64,000 nt of DNA from Pseudomonadota bacterium (lineage in GTDB: Bacteria > Pseudomonadota > Gammaproteobacteria > Enterobacterales > Alteromonadaceae), in assembly GCA_034190055.1 (NCBI GenBank), contig JAXHTT010000003.1, forward strand, positions 2,721 through 66,720, read 5' to 3'. Position 1 is the stretch's first letter. The number at the start of each line of letters is the position of its first letter. The position numbers and the translations under genes are program-made. The notes below the pieces were generated by a model. It was not told the origin of the DNA and made no database searches. It saw only the letters and a program-made list of their open reading frames with translations. Shown here in pieces: positions 39,611 to 51,754 of the stretch.

Positions 39611-40252
39611 ATGTACACTCTTTACGGTTATCCGAAAACCCGCTCGGTTCGTGTGGCATGGGCATTAGAAGAGCTCGGCTTACCTTTTGAATTCAAGTTG
39701 GTTGACCTAAAACAAGGGCAACACCTGTCCGAGAAATACAAAAAAATAAGCCCCGCGGCAAAAATTCCAGCCCTAGCGACATCCGAAGGCACCTTGACTG
39801 AGTCTGCTGCGATTGTCACCTTTTTAGCTGAAAGACACGGCATGCATGAATTTATCCCGGAGCCAGGAAGTTTTGAGCGAGCAAAATATGAAGAAATGAT
39901 GCTGTTTCTTACCAGTGAGTTAGAGCAGCCGATTTGGAATTTAGCAAAGCACACTTTTGCGTTGCCAAAAGAGCAGAGACTTGAGCAAATGCGCGATATA
40001 GCAGTGTGGGAATTTAAGCGAGTGTTGCCTGTGTTCTCCTCTATGCTTAGCGATAAAGAGTTTGTTTGCGGCGACATGTTCACTATGGCCGATGTGATAG
40101 CAGGTCATATTTTGGCGTGGGCGAAAGGCAGTAAACTCGATATTACGCTAGACGGTAAAACTGACAATGTAGCCGCTTATGCGAAACGTGTATTGGGCCG
40201 TGAAGCTTATGAAAGAGCATGGCGACAAGAGATGGCGCATTTGCCTGAGTAA
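39611..40252 (+). CDS. glutathione S-transferase
   Basis: 213 aa with an N-terminal thioredoxin-like GST domain (LYGYP.TRS.RV.WALEELG, IPAL, ESAAI) and a helical C-domain. Confidence 0.88.
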   Translation: MYTLYGYPKTRSVRVAWALEELGLPFEFKLVDLKQGQHLSEKYKKISPAAKIPALATSEGTLTESAAIVTFLAERHGMHEFIPEPGSFERAKYEEMMLFLTSELEQPIWNLAKHTFALPKEQRLEQMRDIAVWEFKRVLPVFSSMLSDKEFVCGDMFTMADVIAGHILAWAKGSKLDITLDGKTDNVAAYAKRVLGREAYERAWRQEMAHLPE

Positions 40253-40420
40253 TCTGGGTGGGCTCTAATAACAAATAGTAGTTTGCTACCTTGTTGGGGG
40301 CAAAAACATATAACGACAGCGCCGCTGATATAAAAGCTGACCTAAAAGCAGAAGATAAGGCTGATACAGAAGCTTGCGTAACATTAGCGGCGAGATAATA
40401 AAACAAGAAGGTAATCACTA

Positions 40421-42265
40421 ATGAAATCATTTAAAACACTACTCGTCAGTAGTGCTGTAACTATGGCACTTGGCCTTAGCTCTGCGGCAGCCTATGCACA
40501 CAATCACGCAAATATGCAGAGCTCACCAAAAAGTGAATCAGTGTCAAAAGAAAAGTCTGAGCACGATAAGCTTTTTGCACTATTCGCGGCTGCCGACCAG
40601 CGCGATATTGAGCTTAACCCGATTATGGCCATTTTCCGTGGCGATATGCGTTATGCCGACAGAATGGGCGACTTCTTAACCGATGCCCACGCACTAGCCG
40701 GAAAAACAGCTACACTACTTAATTTGTCAGAGCTTAAGCAAATTGACCGCAGTAAGCTAAGCGACACCGACAAGCTTGCTTACGATGTATTTAAGTACAA
40801 TGAAGAACGCTCGCTAAAAATGTCGAGTGACGAGATTGAAGCGCTTACGGAAGTACGTCCTGTCAATCACTTTAGCGGGTTTCACACCTTCTATCCGACC
40901 TTTGCAAGCGGAAAGGGCGCGGCGCCATTTAAAACAGTAGAAGATTACGAAAATAATTTATCTCGCCATAAAGATTACATCGCGATTTCAGATCGTGCTA
41001 TCGGCAAGTTTCGCGAGGGCATGGAAAGTGGTGTACTTGAAACTAAATTGACTATCGACCGAGTGATAAAACAGTTTGATACTCAGCTGGCTATCCCAAT
41101 TAAAGAGTCACAATTTTGGGGGCCAATCACAATGTTCCCAGAAAGTTTCTCTGATGAGGAAAAAGCGCGTTTAACCGCTGAGTATGAAAAAGCGACGCAA
41201 GAAATTTACGATGCAACTACGCGTATGCGCGATTTCCTTCGCGATAAGTACTTGCCTGTGGCCCGTGACAGTATTGGCCTCAGTGATATGAAAGGTGGCG
41301 CAAAGCTTTATCAATTGATGGTGGAAGGTTCGACTACACTGCCAATGACGCCTGATGAACTGCATACGCTAGGCTTAAAAGAAGTTAAGCGCATTAAAAA
41401 TGACATGCTTGAAATTAAGGATGAAGTGAACTTTGAAGGCACCCTAAATGAGTTCTTCGATTATGTGCGCACCGACCCTAAATTCAAGCCTGAAAGTCGC
41501 GAGGCACTAACCCAAAACTATTATGATATTGGTCGCGAAGTAGACGAGAAAATTGATCAATACTTCTCGTTATTGCCGAAGTCTGAGCTAGAGATAAAAC
41601 CTTACGACCCTGCTATTGAGCAATTTAGCGCAGGTGGTTCTTATCAGCCGGGCACGCCGGACGGCTCACGTCCTGGTACTTTCTACTTTAATGCTTACGA
41701 CCTACCTAGTCGTTTAACGACGGGTAACGTTACTTTGTACCTTCATGAAGGTGCGCCAGGTCACCATTTTCAAGTCAGCCTTGCGCAAGAAAATGAAGCG
41801 CTACCCTCATTCATGCGCTTCAGCTTCCTACCTGCATTCGGCGAAGGATGGGCCCTATATTCAGAAACCTTGGGCTATGAAATGGGCTTTTTTGATGACC
41901 CATGGAACCGTTACGGCACGCTTCAGGATGAACAGCTGCGCGCTATGCGTTTGGTAGTAGATACGGGTATCCACGCCAAAGGTTGGAGCCGTGAACAAGC
42001 TATCGATTTTATGCTCGAAAACTCAGGCATGACTCGCACGGAAGTCGTGGCAGAAGTAGAGCGTTATATTGCTATTCCGTCGCAAGCGCTGTCTTACAAA
42101 GTTGGCGCGCTTAAAATTCAAGAGCTGCGCGCTCGCGCGGAAAAAGCATTAGGTGACGATTTCGACATTCGAGAGTTCCACGCACAAGTGCTGAATACAG
42201 GCGGTATTCCATTAACCATTCTTGAGCAGAAAATTGACCGCTGGATTGCTAGCCAAAAGAGTTAA
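40421..42265 (+). CDS. DUF885-family secreted protein (metallopeptidase-like HExxH-related motif)
   Basis: 614 aa with a signal peptide and the characteristic LHEGAPGHHFQ and GEGWALY motifs remembered from DUF885. Confidence 0.85.
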   Translation: MKSFKTLLVSSAVTMALGLSSAAAYAHNHANMQSSPKSESVSKEKSEHDKLFALFAAADQRDIELNPIMAIFRGDMRYADRMGDFLTDAHALAGKTATLLNLSELKQIDRSKLSDTDKLAYDVFKYNEERSLKMSSDEIEALTEVRPVNHFSGFHTFYPTFASGKGAAPFKTVEDYENNLSRHKDYIAISDRAIGKFREGMESGVLETKLTIDRVIKQFDTQLAIPIKESQFWGPITMFPESFSDEEKARLTAEYEKATQEIYDATTRMRDFLRDKYLPVARDSIGLSDMKGGAKLYQLMVEGSTTLPMTPDELHTLGLKEVKRIKNDMLEIKDEVNFEGTLNEFFDYVRTDPKFKPESREALTQNYYDIGREVDEKIDQYFSLLPKSELEIKPYDPAIEQFSAGGSYQPGTPDGSRPGTFYFNAYDLPSRLTTGNVTLYLHEGAPGHHFQVSLAQENEALPSFMRFSFLPAFGEGWALYSETLGYEMGFFDDPWNRYGTLQDEQLRAMRLVVDTGIHAKGWSREQAIDFMLENSGMTRTEVVAEVERYIAIPSQALSYKVGALKIQELRARAEKALGDDFDIREFHAQVLNTGGIPLTILEQKIDRWIASQKS

Positions 42266-42343
42266 GGATTAAAGCCTTGGCTTGAACTTTTGAAAGCGGG
42301 ATTAGCGATAAGTCAAGCACGGCAAAAAGCTGATATATAAAAC

Positions 42344-42383
42344 AAAGCCAGTAATGCACGTCATTACTGGCTTTTCTATTTTT
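42344..42383 (+). terminator. terminator of the DUF885 gene
   Basis: AAAGCCAGTAATG-CACGT-CATTACTGGCTTT followed by TCTATTTTT. Confidence 0.75.
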
Positions 42384-42465
42384 GCGACCAATAGCAGTGA
42401 TATTGATGAAACGCTTCACTAGAGTAGTAAATGAACAACTTTTCTAATGTCTTAAGGAGCATGAA

Positions 42466-44897
<2,432 letters not shown>

Positions 44898-45012
44898 CTA
44901 TTTTTTACTATGAAGGCATCTAGCATGTTGTTTAATACTTAAAGTACGTAGAAACTATTTTTAATTGCGCTTCAGCAGGCTTCAGTAACTAATGCTTTAA
45001 TCTTTACGAGCC

Positions 45013-45029
45013 AACTTGCCCGACCAGTT
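45013..45029 (-). promoter_or_regulatory. candidate FadR operator upstream of fadH
   Basis: On the minus strand it reads AACTGGTCGGGCAAGTT, against the remembered E. coli FadR consensus AACTGGTCNGACNTGTT (13 of 15 specified positions). It lies about 125 nt upstream of the fadH ATG. Confidence 0.3.
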
Positions 45030-45091
45030 GTCTTGATTATTTACTACTGCATCAGATTGGTAAAGGGGAGTTATCAATTTTTTAACACAAT

Positions 45092-45125
45092 AAAAAAGCG
45101 AGATACCAATTATCGGCCATCTCGC
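45092..45125 (-). terminator. terminator downstream of the DUF4426 gene
   Basis: On the minus strand it reads GCGAGAT-(14 nt)-ATCTCGC followed by TTTTTT. Confidence 0.6.
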
Positions 45126-45231
45126 TTAATAGTTTTAAAATTATGTTTAGTAAAAAGAGCTTACAAATTACTAGGGTTGGCATGGTTTAACGCGTAAACA
45201 ATATTGCCCTTAGAAAGTAATCTGCAGTTGC

Positions 45232-45681
45232 CTATTCATCCACATACATTTTTTGTTGGAATTTCAGCGTCTGTTTACTTGTACCCTTTTGTACGTCTAT
45301 TTCAAACCTGAAGGTTTCTTGATCGCGAAATGGCAGCACGGCGAGATAATAAATAGCACCGCCCTCTTCCACTTTCTTAAAGGTTAGCTTTCGCGAGTTG
45401 CCGAGCAGGTTTTTTGCTGTTCCTGTCATGTCTACACGCTGCGCTTCACCCGATGCTTTATCTAACACAGAGATATTAACCAGTGCGTTAAACTTGCTTC
45501 TTACAATACCGTAATTAGCAGCAACTTCAGGCGTTAAGAATGGCGTACTGACTACCATATAATGTACATCCCATTCGCCAAGCGTTTTTTTCTGCTCGGC
45601 AAATGCAGAAAAGCTTAAGCAAGCCATAGCTGTTACAAGAAGGGCTACGTACCCTTTCTTAATTTGTTTTATCTTACTCAT
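45232..45681 (-). CDS. DUF4426-family periplasmic protein
   Basis: ATG 45681 gives a signal peptide (MSKIKQIKKGYVALLVTAMACLSFSAFA). It occupies the conserved position after yggT. The track start at 45789 is an extension with no signal peptide. Confidence 0.8.
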   Translation of the reverse strand: MSKIKQIKKGYVALLVTAMACLSFSAFAEQKKTLGEWDVHYMVVSTPFLTPEVAANYGIVRSKFNALVNISVLDKASGEAQRVDMTGTAKNLLGNSRKLTFKKVEEGGAIYYLAVLPFRDQETFRFEIDVQKGTSKQTLKFQQKMYVDE

Positions 45682-45792
45682 GATAGACCTTACTTTGCCT
45701 TCATATTTATCTTTTACAAAACAGCGGGCGTACCCGCTGCCCGATACTGTATGACCTACGGATTCACCTTTAATACCTGTAGTAAACATTGT

Positions 45793-46329
45793 TTACATAG
45801 GGAAAGTGTCTTGGATCAGAAGCTGTAAAAACTGTAATGCGATAATGGCAATAAGCACTGATAAGTCTAAGCCGCCTAATGGTGGAATGACCTTACGTAT
45901 AGGCGCTAAAAACGGCTCGGTAAGCTGATACAGAACATAGTCAACCGGAGACTGACCTTGCGATACCCAGCTCAATATAGCGCGCAACAGCAATACCCAA
46001 AACATTAGCGATAGGGCTTCTTTTACCACGCCAATTACCGATAAGATGGCTATGCCAACGGGATTTAAACTACCGCCAAACATGAGTCCAAGAGTAATGA
46101 GTTTAAGCGCGCATACCGCTACCGCCAGTACAAAGGTTGCGGTGTCGAATCTGCCGATTGACGGGATAACACGGCGCAACGGTCCCACTATAGGGTGGGT
46201 TGCTTTTACTACAAATTGACTCATTGGGTTATAAAAGTCTGCCCGAACCATTTGTAACCAAAGGCGCAGGATAACCACCATCAAATAAAGGCTAAATAAG
46301 GTATCAACCAAAAATACCGTTGCATTCAT
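45793..46329 (-). CDS. yggT: YggT-family integral membrane protein
   Basis: 178 aa with two YggT repeats (ILRLWLQ..., LLRAILSW...). It lies in the conserved yggS-proC-yggT order. Confidence 0.9.
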   Translation of the reverse strand: MNATVFLVDTLFSLYLMVVILRLWLQMVRADFYNPMSQFVVKATHPIVGPLRRVIPSIGRFDTATFVLAVAVCALKLITLGLMFGGSLNPVGIAILSVIGVVKEALSLMFWVLLLRAILSWVSQGQSPVDYVLYQLTEPFLAPIRKVIPPLGGLDLSVLIAIIALQFLQLLIQDTFPM

Positions 46330-46349
46330 GTTGTGTTTTTCCTAAAACG

Positions 46350-47171
46350 TTATAGCTGTTTTGCCATTTCTTCAGCACGCGCTACGGCAGCCCGCATCGA
46401 TTTACTGACAATATCTTTTAAGCCTTCATCTATGAAGGTATTTACGGCCTCGGCTGTCGTGCCGCCCTTTGACGTAACTTGGGCACGAAGCTCACTTAAT
46501 TCAAGGTCTGGGTTGTTACAAACCATTTCAGCTGCACCCAACATAGCCTGTTGCACCATAAGGCGTGACTGGGCTTGATCAAACCCCATATTCATGGCTT
46601 CTTCTTGCATGTTTTGTAGGAACAAGAAGAAATAGGCTGGACTGCTGCCTGCTGCGGCAATAACACCGTTGATGCCATCTTCTTTTTCTACCCAAACGGT
46701 TTCGCCTACACTGTTCATAACATCGTCTACGTACTGTCTGTCAGACTCAGAAACCGTATCGTCGGCATACATACCCGACATGCCTTTGCCTAATAAGCTA
46801 GGTGTATTTGGCATAATGCGAACAACAGGGTATTCGCCGCCCAACATCTCTTGTAATCTGGCAACGGGAAGACCTGCTGCAATGCTTAAAAATAACTTAC
46901 CTGTTAGGTCGTTATTTTTTTGCAGCTCGCCGCACATATCACCCATAATTTGTGGTTTTACCGCAAGCACAATGGCGTCAGCGAATTGGCAAGCTTCATC
47001 GTTAGATTGCGTGGTGTGAATACCAAACTCGGCTTTAAGGCCTTCTAACTTCGGCGTGGACGGGTTTGCCGCAAGAATATTTTCTTTCGCATACCCAGAT
47101 TTGATAAGACCACTGATGATGCTGCGGCTCATGTTACCCGCGCCAATAAATGCTAATTTTTTCTGTTGCAT
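46350..47171 (-). CDS. proC: pyrroline-5-carboxylate reductase
   Basis: It has a Rossmann N-terminus (KLAFIGAGNM), the RIMPNTP motif and the C-terminal SKGGTT motif. ATG 47171 is preferred over the track start at 47195. Confidence 0.94.
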   Translation of the reverse strand: MQQKKLAFIGAGNMSRSIISGLIKSGYAKENILAANPSTPKLEGLKAEFGIHTTQSNDEACQFADAIVLAVKPQIMGDMCGELQKNNDLTGKLFLSIAAGLPVARLQEMLGGEYPVVRIMPNTPSLLGKGMSGMYADDTVSESDRQYVDDVMNSVGETVWVEKEDGINGVIAAAGSSPAYFFLFLQNMQEEAMNMGFDQAQSRLMVQQAMLGAAEMVCNNPDLELSELRAQVTSKGGTTAEAVNTFIDEGLKDIVSKSMRAAVARAEEMAKQL

Positions 47172-47247
47172 GTAAATCCTATTTGTTGATTGCATTTAAG
47201 TCTGTGTAGCAAAGCCGTTCACTAAAAGCTAAGCACTATAGGTATGG

Positions 47248-47934
47248 CTAAGTACGTTTTCCGAAAATAGCGGTACCGATTCGAACCATGGTAGAGCCAT
47301 GTTGAATTGCTTCTGCCATATCACTACTCATTCCTACGGATAGGGTATCAAAATTGCTCAGTGATGTATGGTAGTGGTCAAATAATTCTTTTAGCTTAGT
47401 TAGCGTAGCGCGCTGTTGTTCTTCACTAGGGTTAGCCTTGGGAATAGCCATCAAACCGCGTAGGCAAAGGCGCTCCTGTGACACTACAAACTCAATTAAA
47501 GAAGCTAATTCGTTGAGCCCTACGCCAGACTTACTGCCTTCATCATCAATGTTCACCTGAATACATACGTTTAATGGTGGCATTGAGGCGGGGCGTTGCT
47601 CATTTAGCCGGCGGGCTATTTTCTCTCTGTCAACTGACTGTACCCAATCGAAATGTTCGGCTACTACTTTAGTTTTATTTGACTGAATAGGGCCAATCAT
47701 ATGCCACTCAATATCTTCGAGTCTGGAAAGTTCCTGAACCTTTTCAACACCTTCCTGCACATAGTTTTCGCCAAACATTCGTTGTCCCGCTTCATACGCT
47801 TCAATGATATCTGATACGGGTTTTGTTTTGCTAACCGCTAGCAATTTAACGGAATTTGGTGGACGATGTGCACTATTAGCGGCTTGGTCTATTCCTTTTC
47901 GTGCGGAATCTAGTCTTTCTGCTATTGTTTGCAT
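47248..47934 (-). CDS. yggS: YggS-family PLP homeostasis protein
   Basis: 228 aa with the PLP lysine region (LLAVSKTKP), FGENYVQE, and HMIGPIQSNK. Confidence 0.93.
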   Translation of the reverse strand: MQTIAERLDSARKGIDQAANSAHRPPNSVKLLAVSKTKPVSDIIEAYEAGQRMFGENYVQEGVEKVQELSRLEDIEWHMIGPIQSNKTKVVAEHFDWVQSVDREKIARRLNEQRPASMPPLNVCIQVNIDDEGSKSGVGLNELASLIEFVVSQERLCLRGLMAIPKANPSEEQQRATLTKLKELFDHYHTSLSNFDTLSVGMSSDMAEAIQHGSTMVRIGTAIFGKRT

Positions 47935-47961
47935 TATTCACCTTGTTTTGGAGAAGTGGTT

Positions 47962-49005
47962 GTGGATATTACCGAACTTTTGGCTTTCAGTGTTAAGAAT
48001 AACGCTTCAGATTTACACTTATCAGCGGGCCTACCACCAATTATTCGTGTAGATGGCGAGATGCGTAAACTTAACGTGCCTGCCCTCGATCACAAGCAAG
48101 TACATGGTCTTGTTTATGAGATTATGAATGACATGCAGCGCAAAGAGTACGAAGAAAACTTAGAAACCGATTTTTCTTTCGAGGTAAACGGGTTGTCTCG
48201 TTTTCGTGTGAATGCCTTTGTTCAAAATCGCGGGGCTGCGGCGGTGCTGCGTACTATTCCTAGCAAGGTGCTGACCTTAGATGACCTCGGTGCACCTGAA
48301 ATATTCAAAGACATCATAAATCAGCCTACCGGTATAGTGCTAGTCACTGGCGCTACAGGTTCGGGTAAAAGTACCACGCTAGCGGCCATGGTCGACCATA
48401 TCAATACGCACAAACGCGAACATATTCTAACTATTGAAGACCCGATTGAATTTGTTCACGACAATAAACTTAGTTTGGTTAACCAACGTGAGGTGCACCG
48501 TGATACGCACTCGTTTAATAACGCCCTGCGCTCAGCGCTTCGTGAAGACCCAGATGTTATTCTGGTTGGTGAACTTCGTGACTTAGAAACCATTCGCCTT
48601 GCGATTTCAGCTGCAGAAACAGGCCATTTGGTGTTTGGTACGCTACACACCAATTCAGCACCGAAAACTATTGACCGTATCATTGATGTTTTCCCCGCTG
48701 AGGAAAAAGCCATGGTGCGCTCAATGTTATCGGAGTCGCTACGCGCGGTTATATCGCAAACTCTACTTAAGAAAGTAGGTGGGGGCCGTGTTGCTGCCCA
48801 CGAGATCATGGTGGGTATCCCAGCTATACGAAACCTTATTCGTGAAGATAAAGTGCCGCAGATGTACTCGGTTATTCAAACTGGGCAAGCACATGGTATG
48901 CAAACCATGGATCAATGCTTACAGCGATTGGTGGCTATGGGCGTTATTAGCAAAGAAGATGCGGCGGCAAAGTCAGTAGATAAACAGTCAATGAGTAATT
49001 TCTAG
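47962..49005 (+). CDS. pilT: type IV pilus retraction ATPase PilT
   Basis: DITELLAFSVKNNASDLHL is the canonical PilT N-terminus. It has Walker A (GATGSGKST), an Asp box and a His box. GTG 47962 has GGAG about 8 nt upstream. The track start at 47929 overlaps yggS. Confidence 0.94.
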   Translation: MDITELLAFSVKNNASDLHLSAGLPPIIRVDGEMRKLNVPALDHKQVHGLVYEIMNDMQRKEYEENLETDFSFEVNGLSRFRVNAFVQNRGAAAVLRTIPSKVLTLDDLGAPEIFKDIINQPTGIVLVTGATGSGKSTTLAAMVDHINTHKREHILTIEDPIEFVHDNKLSLVNQREVHRDTHSFNNALRSALREDPDVILVGELRDLETIRLAISAAETGHLVFGTLHTNSAPKTIDRIIDVFPAEEKAMVRSMLSESLRAVISQTLLKKVGGGRVAAHEIMVGIPAIRNLIREDKVPQMYSVIQTGQAHGMQTMDQCLQRLVAMGVISKEDAAAKSVDKQSMSNF

Positions 49006-49013
49006 AGGCCATT

Positions 49014-50126
49014 ATGCTAGATTCACTATTACAAAAAATGGTCGATACCAACGCCTCTGATTTGTTTATTACAGCTGAGTTTCCGGTAAGTGCCAAAATC
49101 AACGGAAAACTGACACCAGTGACAGAAAGTGCCACATCGGAAGAGGCATCGCTCGCGCTGGTTCACGAAGCGATGACCGAAAAGCAGCGAGACGAGTTTC
49201 ATACATCGAAGGAGTGTAATTTCGCTATCGTTCGCGATGGCATTGGTCGTTTCCGCTGCTCTGCATTTTGGCAGCGTGACCAAGCGGGCATGGTGATTCG
49301 CCGCATCGTTACTCAAATTCCCAAAGCGGATGATTTGGGTCTGCCGCGAGTACTAAAAGAAATTATTATGTCTAAACGCGGTCTTGTTCTATTTGTTGGT
49401 GGAACGGGGACTGGTAAATCCACGTCATTGGCTGCGCTCATTGGGCACAGAAATGAAAACTCGCACGGGCATATATTGACCATTGAAGACCCAATCGAAT
49501 TTGTTCATGAGCATAAAAACTGTGTTATCACGCAGCGCGAGGTGGGCATTGATACTCAGTCCTTCGACGACGCACTTAAAAGCTCGCTTCGTCAGGCTCC
49601 TGATGTAATTCTTATTGGTGAAATTCGCTCAATGGAAACCATGGAATATGCCATGTCGTTTGCCGATACAGGGCATTTATGTGTAGCCACGCTTCACGCC
49701 AATAACGCGAACCAAGCTATAGAGCGCATTATGCACTTGGCGCCTAAAGATCAGCACGATAAGCTGCGCTTTGATTTAAGCCTGAACATACGCGCTATTG
49801 TTGCGCAGCAACTTGTGCCAACACCAGACGGTAAGGGCAGGGTTGCGGCTATAGAAATACTGCTTAACTCGCCGTTAGTGCGCGATCTTATTCAGCGTAA
49901 CGAAATAGGCGCATTAAAAGAAGCCATGAAAAAGGGTAAAGAGCAGGGCATGCAAAGCTTTGATATGGCCCTATATGATTTGTATAAAGCAGGTAAGATA
50001 GACATGGACCAAGCGCTTCACCATGCTGACTCGCCTAACGATCTGCGCTTAATGATTAAGCTTGATACTAGCGACGGTTCTAGCTTAGGCACCTTGTCTA
50101 ACGTATCTATTGATATGGATGACTAG
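49014..50126 (+). CDS. pilU: PilT-family ATPase PilU
   Basis: 370 aa with Walker A (GGTGTGKST). It is paralogous to PilT and lies immediately downstream of pilT, as in Pseudomonas. Confidence 0.92.
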   Translation: MLDSLLQKMVDTNASDLFITAEFPVSAKINGKLTPVTESATSEEASLALVHEAMTEKQRDEFHTSKECNFAIVRDGIGRFRCSAFWQRDQAGMVIRRIVTQIPKADDLGLPRVLKEIIMSKRGLVLFVGGTGTGKSTSLAALIGHRNENSHGHILTIEDPIEFVHEHKNCVITQREVGIDTQSFDDALKSSLRQAPDVILIGEIRSMETMEYAMSFADTGHLCVATLHANNANQAIERIMHLAPKDQHDKLRFDLSLNIRAIVAQQLVPTPDGKGRVAAIEILLNSPLVRDLIQRNEIGALKEAMKKGKEQGMQSFDMALYDLYKAGKIDMDQALHHADSPNDLRLMIKLDTSDGSSLGTLSNVSIDMDD

Positions 50127-50185
50127 GCTCTGCTTCTTCAGTACTGCAGTTACACTTTGAAAAAGCGATACCTGGATAATTACTC

Positions 50186-50211
50186 AAAAAGCAGCCCAAG
50201 GGCTGCTTTTT
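50186..50211 (+). terminator. pilTU terminator
   Basis: AAAAAGCAGCC-CAAG-GGCTGCTTTTT. Confidence 0.8.
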
Positions 50212-50260
50212 CGTATAAGCTCTACGCGGTATGCATTATTTTTTTGCAATAGGATAGTCA

Positions 50261-50578
50261 TTGAAAAAACTTTTCTCCTCACAAGACGCTTTTGAAATGC
50301 AAGCGGTTCGCAGCGAACTTGATGCGCTGTCTATTCCCTATATGGTAAAAAATGAATTTGCTGGTGGTGCTATAGGAGAGCTACCTTGGCAGGATTCTCA
50401 GCAGGAGGTATGGCTCGTCGACGATAGCTGGTATGCACGAGCGTCGAAAGTTATCGAGGCCATCGTTCACAAATCACGTACTACGAATAACAGCAGTGAA
50501 GACTGGCGATGTGACACGTGTGGTGAGGAAAACGGCAGCGCATTCGATGTATGCTGGCAGTGTGGCGCGGAAAAATAG
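50261..50578 (+). CDS. DUF2007-type small protein with a C-terminal zinc ribbon
   Basis: 105 aa with a TTG start and AGGA upstream. The N-terminal pattern (A..V...L....IPY.V.NE) is remembered from DUF2007. The C-terminus has CDTCGEEN...CWQCG. Confidence 0.7.
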   Translation: MKKLFSSQDAFEMQAVRSELDALSIPYMVKNEFAGGAIGELPWQDSQQEVWLVDDSWYARASKVIEAIVHKSRTTNNSSEDWRCDTCGEENGSAFDVCWQCGAEK

Positions 50579-50624
50579 AAGTACAGGAACTTAAAATTAA
50601 CAACAAAGAGTAGCGCAAAGGCGG

Positions 50625-51056
50625 CTACTCGTACTGGCTTTCGCTCCAGCTGGTGAAGATCACGCAAGCTGATACGCTATCAACTTTATCCTTAGTAAGC
50701 TTTTTATAGCCACCTAGCTCAAACAACATAGATTTTGCATCCGTTGTAGTTAGGCGCTCGTCACAGGTTTCCACTGCAACACGAAAACGTCCGTGGAGTC
50801 GATTGGCGAACTTGCGAGCTCGTTGGGTCATTTCCTGCTCTGTACCGTCCATATTTAGCGGTAAACCAACAACAACAACATGGGGTTGCCATTCTTCATA
50901 AAGCTTTTCTATCAATGCCCAATCTGGAATGCCGTCTCGTGCCTTAAGCGCTGCAAGCGGTGAAGCAGTGCCAGTAATTTCTTGGCCTACCGCTACGCCA
51001 ATACTCTTGGTACCAAAGTCAAACGCAAGTACAGTACGGTTTCCTATATCAGGCAT
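50625..51056 (-). CDS. ruvX: YqgF/RuvX putative pre-16S rRNA nuclease
   Basis: 143 aa with the [16 protein letters not shown]-terminus typical of RuvX. It overlaps the yqgE stop by 8 nt. Confidence 0.93.
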   Translation of the reverse strand: MPDIGNRTVLAFDFGTKSIGVAVGQEITGTASPLAALKARDGIPDWALIEKLYEEWQPHVVVVGLPLNMDGTEQEMTQRARKFANRLHGRFRVAVETCDERLTTTDAKSMLFELGGYKKLTKDKVDSVSACVIFTSWSESQYE

Positions 51057-51615
51057 GCCCGGCTCCTGGAGCTAGCTGCCATACATCAACACCGAGTTTA
51101 TTTACCGTTGCTTGCCATTTTTTGTGCATAGGAGTGTTAAATAGAATTTCTTCGTCCGCTTCTATGGTTAGCCACGCATTTTCCTGCATTTCCTTTTCAA
51201 GTTGCCCTGGTGTCCACCCGGCGTAACCTAAAGCAATAAGCACGTCCTCTGGGCCCTCATCGTTGGCGATAGCCGTCAAAATGTCCTTTGATGTGGTAAC
51301 CATGATCCCCGGCGCGAGCTTAAGACTAGATGCCCAGGATTTTTGCGACGAATGCAACACAAACCCACGTTCTTGGTTGACGGGTCCGCCCGCAAGTACG
51401 ATTTGTTCTGCCTTGTCTTCAGAAACTGTCAATTCTTTATCAGTTTGTTCAAGTAGTTGTTTGACGTTCATAGTAGAGGGCTGATTCACCACAATGCCCA
51501 TAGCGCCTTCAGCATTGTGCTCACAAACATAAATGAGTGAACGTGAAAAGTAGGGATCGTCTAAGCTAGGCATTGCGACCAAAAAGTGATTTTGTAGGCT
51601 TTTTAATTCCGTCAT
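51049..51615 (-). CDS. yqgE: YqgE/AlgH-family protein (DUF179)
   Basis: 188 aa with [10 protein letters not shown]...D..F.RS.IY.CEH...GAMG...N and GPV..ERGFVLH. Confidence 0.92.
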   Translation of the reverse strand: MTELKSLQNHFLVAMPSLDDPYFSRSLIYVCEHNAEGAMGIVVNQPSTMNVKQLLEQTDKELTVSEDKAEQIVLAGGPVNQERGFVLHSSQKSWASSLKLAPGIMVTTSKDILTAIANDEGPEDVLIALGYAGWTPGQLEKEMQENAWLTIEADEEILFNTPMHKKWQATVNKLGVDVWQLAPGAGHA

Positions 51616-51754
51616 AGTTTGCTTTTTACTACTATATTTTACTAACGTCTTTTACTTTAGGGGGCCATTTAACATTAAGTATAAAAGGCCCCGTATTCAC
51701 CCATGCTGAGCTTTATCTGAGCTACTCGCACGGGTGACTAGTGCAAAGCACGTT

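Noticed and set aside
40253-40420. Pseudo-repetitive GCTGAT/AAAAGC stretch and a 35-codon TTG ORF (…AADIKADLKAEDKADTEAC…) between gst and the DUF885 gene; also the 95-aa minus-strand ORF at 40143-40430
   Set aside because: The short ORF has no SD and a non-canonical start. The 95-aa ORF overlaps the gst 3' end and is hydrophobic low-complexity sequence. Most likely this is just the DUF885 promoter region.
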